Virus record (IMG/VR): IMGVR_UViG_3300046733_000629
DNA: 64,000 nucleotides
Direction: 5' to 3' (one strand)
From: a virus
Taxonomy: Duplodnaviria > Caudoviricetes
Part shown: positions 19,274-28,194 of the stretch, piece after piece
Numbering within the stretch: the stretch's first letter is position 1
How the letters are laid out: each line of letters starts with the position of its first letter
Translations under genes and position numbers: made by a program
Notes under the pieces: model-generated
Told to the model about the DNA's origin: nothing
Seen by the model: only the letters and a program-made list of their open reading frames with translations
Database searches by the model: none

Positions 19274-19281
19274 ACTCGGAG
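19256..19281 (+). promoter_or_regulatory. Hairpin, possibly a small pseudoknot, next to the folE Shine-Dalgarno
   Basis: Stem ACGAC/GTCGT, loop ATCCTC, then AAACTC and the SD GGAG. Confidence 0.4.
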
Positions 19282-19287
19282 AACAAA

Positions 19288-19977
19288 ATGAGTAAAAGTA
19301 AAGAAATTAAGGCCCGTTTGCAGGACGCAAACATTCGTCATTGGGCAGGCGACAACATTTCAGAAGTCTTACAACAAGGCGACAAAGAAGCACTAATTGA
19401 AGATGCCACAGTAGCATTTGAAAACGTTCTTGATACATTATTAATTGACAGACATAACGATCCTAATTCAATGGGTACAGCAAGGCGCCTAGCTAAAATG
19501 TACTACAATGAAATTATGGCAGGACGTTATGATCCTGCTCCTGGTGCAACAGCATTTCCTAATGACAGCGATGATCGATATGAAGGTATGCTAGTAGTAC
19601 GTAGTGAACTTAAAAGCATGTGTTCGCATCACCATCAGCCAGTAGCAGGTATTGCATACATTGGTATTATTGCCGCAGACAAACTAATTGGTTTAAGCAA
19701 GTACACACGTATTGCACAATGGTGTTCTAGACGTGGTACACTACAAGAAGAACTTGCTAACGACATTGTACGTGAAATTCAAAAAGCAACAGATGCAAAA
19801 CACTTAGGTGTATATATTCAAGCAACACATGGTTGTTGTGAGAACAGAGGTATTATGGCAACTAGCAGTCTTACACAGACAACTGTACTAAAAGGTGCAT
19901 TCAAAGATGATCCTGGTACAAAGAAAGAGTTTATGGATAACATTAAACTACAACAATCATATGCGAGTGGAAAATAA
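19288..19977 (+). CDS. folE: GTP cyclohydrolase I
   Basis: TARRLAKMY, SMCSHHH, IGLSKYTRI, LQEEL, HGCCENRG. Confidence 0.95.
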   Translation: MSKSKEIKARLQDANIRHWAGDNISEVLQQGDKEALIEDATVAFENVLDTLLIDRHNDPNSMGTARRLAKMYYNEIMAGRYDPAPGATAFPNDSDDRYEGMLVVRSELKSMCSHHHQPVAGIAYIGIIAADKLIGLSKYTRIAQWCSRRGTLQEELANDIVREIQKATDAKHLGVYIQATHGCCENRGIMATSSLTQTTVLKGAFKDDPGTKKEFMDNIKLQQSYASGK

Positions 19978-19978
19978 A

Positions 19979-20482
19979 ATGGTGAACAAAGTATATTATA
20001 CATGGAAAGATATTGAACATATGGTTAACACTGTTAACAATCTTATGTTTGCAGACAATTGGCGTCCTGACTACATTGTAGGAATGACACGTGGTGGATT
20101 AGTACCAGCAGTCATTATGTCTAACATTACAGGAATTAAAATGCATGCGTTAGATGTGCGTTTCCGTGATGGAGACTCTCAAGAATCAAATTCTTGGATG
20201 GCTGAAGATGCACATTCAGGTAAAAACATTCTTGTGTTTGATGACATTAATGATAGTGGTAAAACTATGCAATGGGTTAAAGATGATTGGCCATCGGGTT
20301 GTTATCCAGGTAGTGCTTGGGATAATGTTTGGGGTAATAATGTTAGGTTTGCCTCATTACTTGACAACCAAGCAAGTGACTTTGGCGAAGTAGATTACAC
20401 AGCTATGGAAATTAATAAAATGGAAAAGGATGTATGGGTAGTATTTCCTTGGGAAGGTGAGCGAGATTATGGAAACTTCTGA
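19979..20482 (+). CDS. Purine phosphoribosyltransferase (Gpt-like)
   Basis: IVGMTRGGLVPA, LVFDDINDSGKT (PRPP loop), WVVFPWE; likely start at ATG 19979. Confidence 0.85.
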   Translation: MVNKVYYTWKDIEHMVNTVNNLMFADNWRPDYIVGMTRGGLVPAVIMSNITGIKMHALDVRFRDGDSQESNSWMAEDAHSGKNILVFDDINDSGKTMQWVKDDWPSGCYPGSAWDNVWGNNVRFASLLDNQASDFGEVDYTAMEINKMEKDVWVVFPWEGERDYGNF

Positions 20483-20777
20483 TGATACTATAACTATAAC
20501 ATCTGCTCCAGACTATTCTCATTCATATTATACTGTAGCTCCATCTAGTATTACAATAGATATAGATGAACCTGAGATTGTAATTGGAGATATGACTGCT
20601 ACAGAACTTTGTAAAACAATTAAAAATCAACGGTTAGAGATTGAAGCCCTTACTGATATATTAAATGAAATAGTTGATTCAGGTAACTTAAATATTCCTA
20701 TGAATATAAAAGAAAGAGTATCTCAAAAACAATTCCTTGAGATACTATCAGGAGACTCAAACAATGAAGACATTTAA
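20469..20777 (+). CDS. Hypothetical protein
   Basis: ORF overlapping both neighbours; ATG at 20469. Confidence 0.55.
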   Translation: METSDDTITITSAPDYSHSYYTVAPSSITIDIDEPEIVIGDMTATELCKTIKNQRLEIEALTDILNEIVDSGNLNIPMNIKERVSQKQFLEILSGDSNNEDI

Positions 20778-21333
20778 AATTGAAATGTATGGATATGGTG
20801 GTGAGATAGTACTAGGTACTATTACCAAAGAAGCATACGAACATTGGGCAGACAGAGACGAAGAAGATGAAGGAAGACATCATCATTTATTTTGGGACCC
20901 ATATGAAGAACAAGAGGGCAATGATGTTATTGATGATGACGATCCACGTTTTTTAGGCATGTGGCATGAGATAGATGATATTACACATACACATGGTGCA
21001 TTTTATGATCGTTGTACAGTTGAAGTAATTGATGAAGATGATAAAACAATCTGGCAAACTGAAGATCCTGAAATAGAATCTACTACAATTGAAGATCCAG
21101 ATGATCAGCCAGCAGGATATTATTTTAAAGGTTGGAGCTCTGAAAAGGGGCATTTCTTTAGTGCAGAGTTTGATGCAGAGGAATTTGACCCTAAAAAGCT
21201 GAAGTTTTTTGCTACAAATGTTGATTGTGATGTAGTAATTGATAGTGTAGAATATGACGGAAATACGCTAGATAATGACGGTGGAGACACCATAGGTAAG
21301 TCCTTAGGCCAGGAATTTTACGAAAATCTATAA
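20764..21333 (+). CDS. Acidic hypothetical protein
   Basis: SD aggag upstream of ATG 20764 (MKTFKIEMYGYGGE). Confidence 0.7.
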   Translation: MKTFKIEMYGYGGEIVLGTITKEAYEHWADRDEEDEGRHHHLFWDPYEEQEGNDVIDDDDPRFLGMWHEIDDITHTHGAFYDRCTVEVIDEDDKTIWQTEDPEIESTTIEDPDDQPAGYYFKGWSSEKGHFFSAEFDAEEFDPKKLKFFATNVDCDVVIDSVEYDGNTLDNDGGDTIGKSLGQEFYENL

Positions 21334-21350
21334 AAACCAAGACATTTCGG

Positions 21351-21379
21351 TTGACAAATCATAGTATTCTTGTTATTAT
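21351..21379 (+). promoter_or_regulatory. sigma70 promoter with extended -10
   Basis: TTGACA-17-TATTAT with TG at 21371-21372. Confidence 0.85.
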
Positions 21380-21419
21380 ATACAAGTAAGTTAAATTAAT
21401 AACAAGTCAGGAGACTATA

Positions 21420-24110
21420 ATGAAGAAACTATTAGCAACATTTATTATTGCTATATCACTTTCAACAAGTGCATATGCTGGCAATTTTAAAAGCTATTAT
21501 GATTATGCAAGTAATCTAAATAGCGGGCTACAAATTAGCTTTTCTACGTCAATGATTAATAATTATACACGTAGTAACAAAATGTACAAAAACTTGATTG
21601 ACAAGTACGATCATATGTTTTCAAAGTACGGCTGGTTTCAAACTATGAAAGAACGTTATGCGTTCCAACTATCCGAGATCAATAAATTTCAACAATTAAT
21701 TAACGTTAAAGAAGCACAAGTAACTCTTGTAAACACAACTTATAAGGTTACAACTGGTGTTGTTGTAAGGCGTGGTGCAACTACTCTTACAAACGAATCT
21801 ACAAAAGTTGTTGAAGAAACATCTGGCAATATAGTTAAAGAGTTTGCAGTAGTTACTAAAGTTTATAGTACTCCTATTAGAAAAGATTATTGGGAAAATA
21901 CTAATACTATTACTCATTACAGTGATGGTACTACAGGTAGTTCTAATAGTAACAAAATTACAAAAACTACGAACGAAGTTGAAACTGATTCTAAAGTTGA
22001 AAGAGAACTTATCAGAGAATATGCTTTAGTCATACCAGAAGAAGATAACAAGGTAGTTGACAATGCAGACATTAAAATTCTAACTGAGGCAGAATACTTA
22101 GCTAGAAATGATGTTACTCTGTTTGAAACAGAAACATATAATGAAGCAGTTTGGAATATGAACAGTAGAATTAATGAATGGTATACTGTTAATATTTTAT
22201 CTAAAAATTATGCTAACCACTTAGAACAAATTGGTGCACCAGCCGCTTGGGCTAGAGGATACACAGGTAAAGGTAGTACAATTGCTATACTTGATACTGG
22301 TATAGACATGGACCATACTGAGTTTGAAGGCAAGATTAAAGGTGCAGAATGTTTTACAGGACTATGTAAAAATGGACATGAAACAATACATGACGCAAAT
22401 AGATTCTCACACGGAACACATGTTGCAAGTATTGCGGCAGGTAACTTAGACGGCAACGGTACAACAGGTGTTGCACCAGATGCAGACTTGTTAATTGCTA
22501 AGACAGCATGGAACTTTGGATCGTTTGATTTTAGTGTAGCAGATGAAGCAATTGCTTGGGCCGTAAACAACGGAGCAGATGTAATTAACATCAGTGCTAA
22601 CTATATGTTTGATAGAACATACATCAATAGTATAGAAGAGATTTCTCCGGGTATGTATAAGTCAACAGATACAAGAGGACGTAATGGTAAAACATATGAC
22701 AAGTTTGGATATGCGGCACTAGCAGACAGCGATCTTTATTACAAAGATATTGTTGAATCAATGAAAGGTCACGAAGCGGTACTAGTATTGTCAGCAGGTA
22801 ACCAAGGAACAGATGTTGCAGGTCAGCCTAGTTTTATTGCACTAGACGAAGAAGTTGGTGATAGGGTTTTGATTGTTGGTAACTATGATGCACGTCAAGG
22901 TGACATATATAGGCTTTCTAATAAAGCAGGTACTATGTGTTTTGAGGTTAATGTAGATGGTAGTTGTGCAACAAACAAACGAATCAGTGATAGCTTTATA
23001 CTTGCACCAGGTAGGTATGTAGCAGGTGCTGATGCAAATGGTGAGTATAGAACTAACAGTGGAACGTCACAGTCGGCTCCTATGGTATCAGGTGCAGTTG
23101 CAATTGTACATCAAATGTGGCCACATATGACAGGTGCTAACTTAACTAAACTATTGTTAAATACTGCTAATAAGGATCTTCCTAACTATGATGAGAATGT
23201 ACATGGTCAAGGATTGTTAGACTTAGATGCGGCAACACTTCCACAAGGTGCTATTGGTCTTCCTACTACAGGTAGAGCAGAAGGTGGTACTATAAATATT
23301 GGAAGCAGTGGTACTATTGCAATGTCAGGTAATGCTACAATTTCAGCATTGTCACAAACAATGGTAATTGATGATTACGATAGGGATTATTACTTTGATG
23401 CTAACACTATGGTACAAATTAATGACACAAGAACTGCAAGTGCTACATCGTCAGCATTGTATGGATTTACTCCAGACTACTATATTGGGTACAATGGTGG
23501 TACTATTATCCCAATGACAAATGGTGGTACACATATTGCACTTAATGAAGATAACAATAATGTAAGTATTGTACAAAAGTATGAAGGGTTTACATTGGGT
23601 CTTGTTAATGAACAAGGTAGCTTCTTAGGTAACATTGCTGATAGTGAACTTATGAAAGTTACCGGAGCAGAAACTGCATACTTAGGTTACAGTTTTGATA
23701 ACGGTAATGTGTTTGGTAGTGCAACACTAGGAGCAACTAAACTAGATGTAGACAGTAGTTCAATGCTTAAGAGTGCAGACATTATGATGTCTAACAGTGC
23801 AACACTAGGTATTAAGCAAACTGTAGACAGTAGCACATTTGGATTTGTAGCAAGTGTACCAGTTAGTATTACTAGCGGTGATGCACACTTTGATGTTCCA
23901 TCAAGTATAAGTAGTGATGGAAATATTAACAATTCAGAAATGAGTAGTTCGATGAAAGCTGATAAAAGAGAAGTTGACTTTGGAATGTTTTATAACTTCA
24001 ATCCAACAGATACAACTGCATTTACGGCTAACGTAGAACTTAGAACTAATTACGCAGGTACAAGCGAAGATACAGTAAGTGCAGGCGTTACATATAGGAT
24101 AATGTTTTAA
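21420..24110 (+). CDS. Subtilisin-family (S8) serine protease with signal peptide and probable C-terminal beta-barrel (autotransporter-like)
   Basis: AILDTGID, HGTHVASIAAG, SGTSQSAPMVSG (D/H/S triad); N-terminal MKKLL...SAYA; C-terminal AGVTYRIMF. Confidence 0.9.
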   Translation: MKKLLATFIIAISLSTSAYAGNFKSYYDYASNLNSGLQISFSTSMINNYTRSNKMYKNLIDKYDHMFSKYGWFQTMKERYAFQLSEINKFQQLINVKEAQVTLVNTTYKVTTGVVVRRGATTLTNESTKVVEETSGNIVKEFAVVTKVYSTPIRKDYWENTNTITHYSDGTTGSSNSNKITKTTNEVETDSKVERELIREYALVIPEEDNKVVDNADIKILTEAEYLARNDVTLFETETYNEAVWNMNSRINEWYTVNILSKNYANHLEQIGAPAAWARGYTGKGSTIAILDTGIDMDHTEFEGKIKGAECFTGLCKNGHETIHDANRFSHGTHVASIAAGNLDGNGTTGVAPDADLLIAKTAWNFGSFDFSVADEAIAWAVNNGADVINISANYMFDRTYINSIEEISPGMYKSTDTRGRNGKTYDKFGYAALADSDLYYKDIVESMKGHEAVLVLSAGNQGTDVAGQPSFIALDEEVGDRVLIVGNYDARQGDIYRLSNKAGTMCFEVNVDGSCATNKRISDSFILAPGRYVAGADANGEYRTNSGTSQSAPMVSGAVAIVHQMWPHMTGANLTKLLLNTANKDLPNYDENVHGQGLLDLDAATLPQGAIGLPTTGRAEGGTINIGSSGTIAMSGNATISALSQTMVIDDYDRDYYFDANTMVQINDTRTASATSSALYGFTPDYYIGYNGGTIIPMTNGGTHIALNEDNNNVSIVQKYEGFTLGLVNEQGSFLGNIADSELMKVTGAETAYLGYSFDNGNVFGSATLGATKLDVDSSSMLKSADIMMSNSATLGIKQTVDSSTFGFVASVPVSITSGDAHFDVPSSISSDGNINNSEMSSSMKADKREVDFGMFYNFNPTDTTAFTANVELRTNYAGTSEDTVSAGVTYRIMF

Positions 24111-24694
24111 TGGCAGGAAACAAATACAAAACATATACAAGGGGCAAGCTAGAAGTAATAGCTGGCCCTATGTTTGCAGGAAAGAGCAGTGAGCTTTTAA
24201 AAAGGCTCCTGTTCATTGAACATGGTGGGCATAAAGTATTAGTACTTAAACCTATTATTGATGATCGTTATGAGAGTAATTTTATCGTAACACACAATCA
24301 ATTAAAACACCCGGCTGTGGCTGTAATAGATTTAGAATTAGTAAAAGATAATTACACAATTAAACCTTATAACTTTCACACAGTATTCATTGACGAAGTA
24401 CAGTTTTTTGATAATAAAGAAACTATGTGGTTTATTGAAGAAGGATTAAGAGAAGGTGTTAATTTTGTTGTAGCAGGTTTAGATCAAGATAGTAGAGGTG
24501 TTCCATTTGAAACTACATCGAGGTGTTTAGCACTAGCAGATGAAGTTATAAAGATTAGAGCATTCTGTACAATATGTGGAATGGATGCAGGTAAGACACA
24601 ACGTCTGCGAGCAACTAAACATTCTGATAGAGTAAAGGTAGGTGGTAGTGAAACATACGAACCACGTTGCCATGAACATTGGGAGAGCAAGTAA
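24110..24694 (+). CDS. tdk: Thymidine kinase
   Basis: GPMFAGKS, FIDEVQFF, VAGLD, C..C, VGGSETYEPRC..H. Confidence 0.95.
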   Translation: MAGNKYKTYTRGKLEVIAGPMFAGKSSELLKRLLFIEHGGHKVLVLKPIIDDRYESNFIVTHNQLKHPAVAVIDLELVKDNYTIKPYNFHTVFIDEVQFFDNKETMWFIEEGLREGVNFVVAGLDQDSRGVPFETTSRCLALADEVIKIRAFCTICGMDAGKTQRLRATKHSDRVKVGGSETYEPRCHEHWESK

Positions 24695-25002
24695 TGAAAA
24701 AAGTATTAATGGTTGATCCACCAAGTGGATGGAAATACGGATTTCCAAAACCTTTACCGGAGAGAGCTACAATACATTATGGTGGAACTGATTATGGAGT
24801 ATCCAAGGGCTTTAATGTAATTGAATGGTTGCTTAATAATGGTTATCCACAGTCAGAAATTAATTTACATGGTGAAGTTTTTCCATGTAAGTATTTTACA
24901 CAATCATTAGACCTTGTTGACGAAACATTACTAGGTGAAGATATGAACGAACAAGTAGGTAAATTAATCTACTCAGGCAGACTATTCAGCAAAGGAGAAT
25001 AA
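24694..25002 (+). CDS. Hypothetical protein
   Basis: ATG overlaps the tdk stop; begins MKKVLMVDPPSGWKYGFPK. Confidence 0.7.
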   Translation: MKKVLMVDPPSGWKYGFPKPLPERATIHYGGTDYGVSKGFNVIEWLLNNGYPQSEINLHGEVFPCKYFTQSLDLVDETLLGEDMNEQVGKLIYSGRLFSKGE

Positions 25003-25003
25003 A

Positions 25004-25453
25004 ATGAAAGTCTACGTTGGACCTTATCCAAGTCATTCTAAATGGCATAACATAATTGGTTATCAGCCAGAACAAAAGATATCAGTAAAAATTGATAGTT
25101 GGGATACATGGAGCATGGATGAAACACTTGCTCATATTGTATTACCTATGCTAGAACAATTAAAAGAAAAAACACATGGTTATCCAAACGGCTTAACTGA
25201 AAAGAAGTGGGATGCAATATTAGATGAAATGATTTTTGCATTTAGATCAAAAACATTTGATTGGCAAGATGAATTTATATCCGGTGAATGGGATGTTTAT
25301 CTTAAAGAAGTAACTGGTAGTGATAATATGGAAATGAATTATGGAGACAAACATACATACAAAATAGATAAAGAAAGTATGGACAAAGTTCAGAAACGTA
25401 TTACCAAAGGATTTAAATTGTTTGGGCAATATTATGAAAATTTATGGGATTAA
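25004..25453 (+). CDS. Hypothetical phage protein
   Basis: SD aggag; WDTWSMDETLAHIVLPML...WDAILDEMIFAF. Confidence 0.75.
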   Translation: MKVYVGPYPSHSKWHNIIGYQPEQKISVKIDSWDTWSMDETLAHIVLPMLEQLKEKTHGYPNGLTEKKWDAILDEMIFAFRSKTFDWQDEFISGEWDVYLKEVTGSDNMEMNYGDKHTYKIDKESMDKVQKRITKGFKLFGQYYENLWD

Positions 25454-25457
25454 TTAA

Positions 25458-25667
25458 ATGAAGTATAAACAAACTGGTACTAACAGTTGGACTGTTGAAG
25501 TACAAGAAAATGGCAAAACAAAAGAATTGTTTATTGAGTTCCCACAAGATTGTATTGATCAAGTTGGATGGGCGGAAGGCGACGACTTAGAATGGATGCC
25601 TAATGAAGATGGTATTTCTTGGACTATAAGAAAGAAAAAAGATGAAACTGATCGAAAAAGAACCTAA
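25458..25667 (+). CDS. AbrB/MazE-like swapped-hairpin small protein
   Basis: FIEFPQDCIDQVGWAEGDDLEW pattern. Confidence 0.55.
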   Translation: MKYKQTGTNSWTVEVQENGKTKELFIEFPQDCIDQVGWAEGDDLEWMPNEDGISWTIRKKKDETDRKRT

Positions 25668-25794
25668 ACGTTATTATGATTGGATGCTATGGAAAATGCG
25701 ACAAGTAGATAACGAAGAAAGTATGAGTAAGAAGATAGGACTAGATATTGATAAGAAACTAGCTGAAACAAATAAGGTAAAAGTAGAAAACTAA
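25642..25794 (+). CDS. Small hypothetical protein (50 aa, not in the ORF track)
   Basis: MKLIEKEPKRYYDWMLWKMRQ...; fills the gap and its TAA stop begins the TAAATA motif. Confidence 0.5.
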   Translation: MKLIEKEPKRYYDWMLWKMRQVDNEESMSKKIGLDIDKKLAETNKVKVEN

Positions 25795-25797
25795 ATA
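25791..25797 (+). promoter_or_regulatory. Late-promoter-like CTAAATA, 5 nt before the ATG
   Basis: TAAATA at 25792-25797, ATG at 25803, no SD. Confidence 0.5.
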
Positions 25798-25802
25798 CAT
25801 AC

Positions 25803-26480
25803 ATGTTGCCAACTAACTCTCTTGAAATTGAACTTACTACAAAATGTACACTAGGTTGTCCATCATGTCCACGTAATAATCCATATGATAGCCGTAAGCT
25901 ATGGGATGTAGGACACATTGACACTGACCTTGTTCTAAGATTAGCAGATGAAGTAGAACAAGATAATACTAGAGTATTGTTTGTAGGTTGTTACGGAGAT
26001 CCAATATATCATCCAGACTTTATAAATATTATGAAGGTGTATGCAGAAAAGAAAATAAGTGTATTAGTGCATACCAATGCATCATTTAAAACTGATAAAT
26101 GGTGGAAAGAACTTGTTTGGACAATACCGTGGAATAATAAAATTGAATTCGAGTTTAGTGTAGATGGCTTAGAAGATACAAATCATTTATATAGAATAAA
26201 CTCAAAGTGGAAAAGTATCCAAACTGGAATGCAAGAGCTTTCTAAATATATTAAACAACAAAATGATCCTGCTAAAATACCACAAGTAAGTTGGAAGTTC
26301 TTAGTATTTCCATACAACGAACATCAAGTTAACGAAGCACAAGAACTATGTAATGACTATGGTTTTAAATTTTATGCGGCAAAGAGCGAAAGAACAATAG
26401 CAAGTTATAGAGTAGAAAACAATTACATATATGATTGGAAAGGTAAAGGAGATTTATCGTGGAAAATAAAAGAGAACTAA
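25803..26480 (+). CDS. Radical SAM core domain (subfamily A, lacking the C-terminal Cys domain)
   Basis: CTLGCPSC, GCYGDP, FSVDGLEDTNHLYR, WKFLVF.YNEHQ. Confidence 0.9.
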   Translation: MLPTNSLEIELTTKCTLGCPSCPRNNPYDSRKLWDVGHIDTDLVLRLADEVEQDNTRVLFVGCYGDPIYHPDFINIMKVYAEKKISVLVHTNASFKTDKWWKELVWTIPWNNKIEFEFSVDGLEDTNHLYRINSKWKSIQTGMQELSKYIKQQNDPAKIPQVSWKFLVFPYNEHQVNEAQELCNDYGFKFYAAKSERTIASYRVENNYIYDWKGKGDLSWKIKEN

Positions 26481-26809
26481 AACCTAGATGTACACTGTAC
26501 AAAAATCCTATGTTCTTATCTGCTGATAAAAAACTAAAACCTTGTTGCTTTCTAAATCCACATGCTGAATGGAAAATATTTAAAGAGTGGGGAGAAGAAA
26601 GAGGACTTGACATTTCAGAAGATTTGGATATAATGAAATATAGTAGAAAAGAAATATTTGAAAGTGCAACCTGGAAAGGGTTGTTAGAAAGTTTTAAGAC
26701 AGATGATGCTCCATATACATGCTATAAAGAATGTGGACATGATTCTTATACAAGTGATACAATGACAGCAAAGCATTCAAAATACAAACAAGATAACAAT
26801 AAGGAATAA
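26459..26809 (+). CDS. Stand-alone SPASM/twitch-like Cys domain
   Basis: PRC...FLSADKKLKPCC...CYKEC; GTG start with SD aaggag. Confidence 0.75.
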   Translation: MENKRELKPRCTLYKNPMFLSADKKLKPCCFLNPHAEWKIFKEWGEERGLDISEDLDIMKYSRKEIFESATWKGLLESFKTDDAPYTCYKECGHDSYTSDTMTAKHSKYKQDNNKE

Positions 26810-26811
26810 AA

Positions 26812-28194
26812 ATGACAAAAGCAATAGTCGTGCTTGCAGACTCAAAACAAGCAAAGAAACTTGGTGCACCAGTTAAACGTGCATCAGCAAACTTAGAAAA
26901 AAGTGTAGACATATCGTTTGCACATGAAGAATATGATTACATTACTGTAATTGAAACTAAACCTAAAACAGCAAACGATGCTCGTGAACTAGGTGGAGAT
27001 ATGTTTAGCAAGTATAAAAAAATAGCTACTACATTAGAACTTGATGATGCATTAGGTTTTAGTAATGACATTCTCGAAGGAATTGACTTAGCAGGATACA
27101 CATTTAATAAGTACAAAACAGATTCAAAAGATATTAAATTAGATTCTGTAACTATTAATAGCAAAAGCATTGATGAAGTTAAACAAAGTATTTCAGGTAG
27201 TATCAATTTTGCACGTGACTTAGTATCAGAACCAGGTAACGTATTATATCCACAAACATATGCGGCACGTATTCAACGTAACTTATCACCAACTGGTATA
27301 ACAGTAAAACTATATCATGAATCACAACTAAAAGAAATGGGACTTAACTTATTATTAAGTGTAGGACAAGGTAGTGAGAAAGATAGTTATGTAGTTGTTA
27401 TGGAACACATGAACGGCAAAGAAGGCGAACAGCCAATTGCATTAGTAGGTAAAGGTGTTACATTTGATACAGGTGGTATTAGTTTGAAACCAGGACGCAA
27501 CATGGGCGATATGAAATACGACATGGGCGGTAGTGCCGCAGTAGTAGGTGCTATGCATGCAATTGGTACACAAAAGATTAAACGTAACGTAGTAGGTATT
27601 GTAGGCTTAGTAGAGAACATGCCAGACGGTAAAGCAATTAAGCCAGGTGATGTAGTTACTTCACTTAGTGGACAGACTGTAGAAAATTTAAATACAGATG
27701 CAGAAGGTAGACTTGTACTTGCAGATATATTAACATATGTACAAAAAGAATATAACCCATATGTGATAGTTGATCTAGCAACACTAACAGGTGCAATTGT
27801 AGCGGCTCTTGGTCATGAAATGGCAGGACTATTTACTAACTCAAGTGATTTAGAATTTGCAATTGATGATGCAGGTAAAGTATCTGGAGAAGGATTCTAT
27901 CGTATGCCAATGGGTTCTAACTATGCAAAAATGATTAAATCTCCAATTGCAGATATGCAAAACATTGGCGGACCATATGCAGGATCAACAACAGCCGCAG
28001 AGTTTTTATACAAATTTGTAGATAACAAAACAGCATGGGCTCACTTAGATATTGCAGGTATGGCTTGGGAAGAAAAAGGTAAACCAGTTACTCCTAAAGG
28101 TGCGGCAGGATTTGGTGTACGTACATTATTTAATCTTGTTAACAGTGTACCTAATAAACAATCGCTTGAAATTGATAAGGATATGGATTACTAA
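26812..28194 (+). CDS. pepA: Leucyl aminopeptidase (M17)
   Basis: LVGKGVTFDTGGISLKP, MKYDMGG, NTDAEGRLVLAD, DLATLTGA, WAHLDIAG. Confidence 0.95.
   Translation: MTKAIVVLADSKQAKKLGAPVKRASANLEKSVDISFAHEEYDYITVIETKPKTANDARELGGDMFSKYKKIATTLELDDALGFSNDILEGIDLAGYTFNKYKTDSKDIKLDSVTINSKSIDEVKQSISGSINFARDLVSEPGNVLYPQTYAARIQRNLSPTGITVKLYHESQLKEMGLNLLLSVGQGSEKDSYVVVMEHMNGKEGEQPIALVGKGVTFDTGGISLKPGRNMGDMKYDMGGSAAVVGAMHAIGTQKIKRNVVGIVGLVENMPDGKAIKPGDVVTSLSGQTVENLNTDAEGRLVLADILTYVQKEYNPYVIVDLATLTGAIVAALGHEMAGLFTNSSDLEFAIDDAGKVSGEGFYRMPMGSNYAKMIKSPIADMQNIGGPYAGSTTAAEFLYKFVDNKTAWAHLDIAGMAWEEKGKPVTPKGAAGFGVRTLFNLVNSVPNKQSLEIDKDMDY

Noticed and set aside
19256-19281. Calling the folE leader a preQ1-I or THF-II riboswitch
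   Set aside because: The 6-nt loop is too short for preQ1-I and the element is too small for THF-II; it is kept only as an unassigned candidate.
26459-26480. Programmed frameshift joining the radical SAM core and Cys domain
   Set aside because: The downstream ORF has its own SD and GTG start and no clear slippery heptamer was seen; separate translation is simpler, though not proven.
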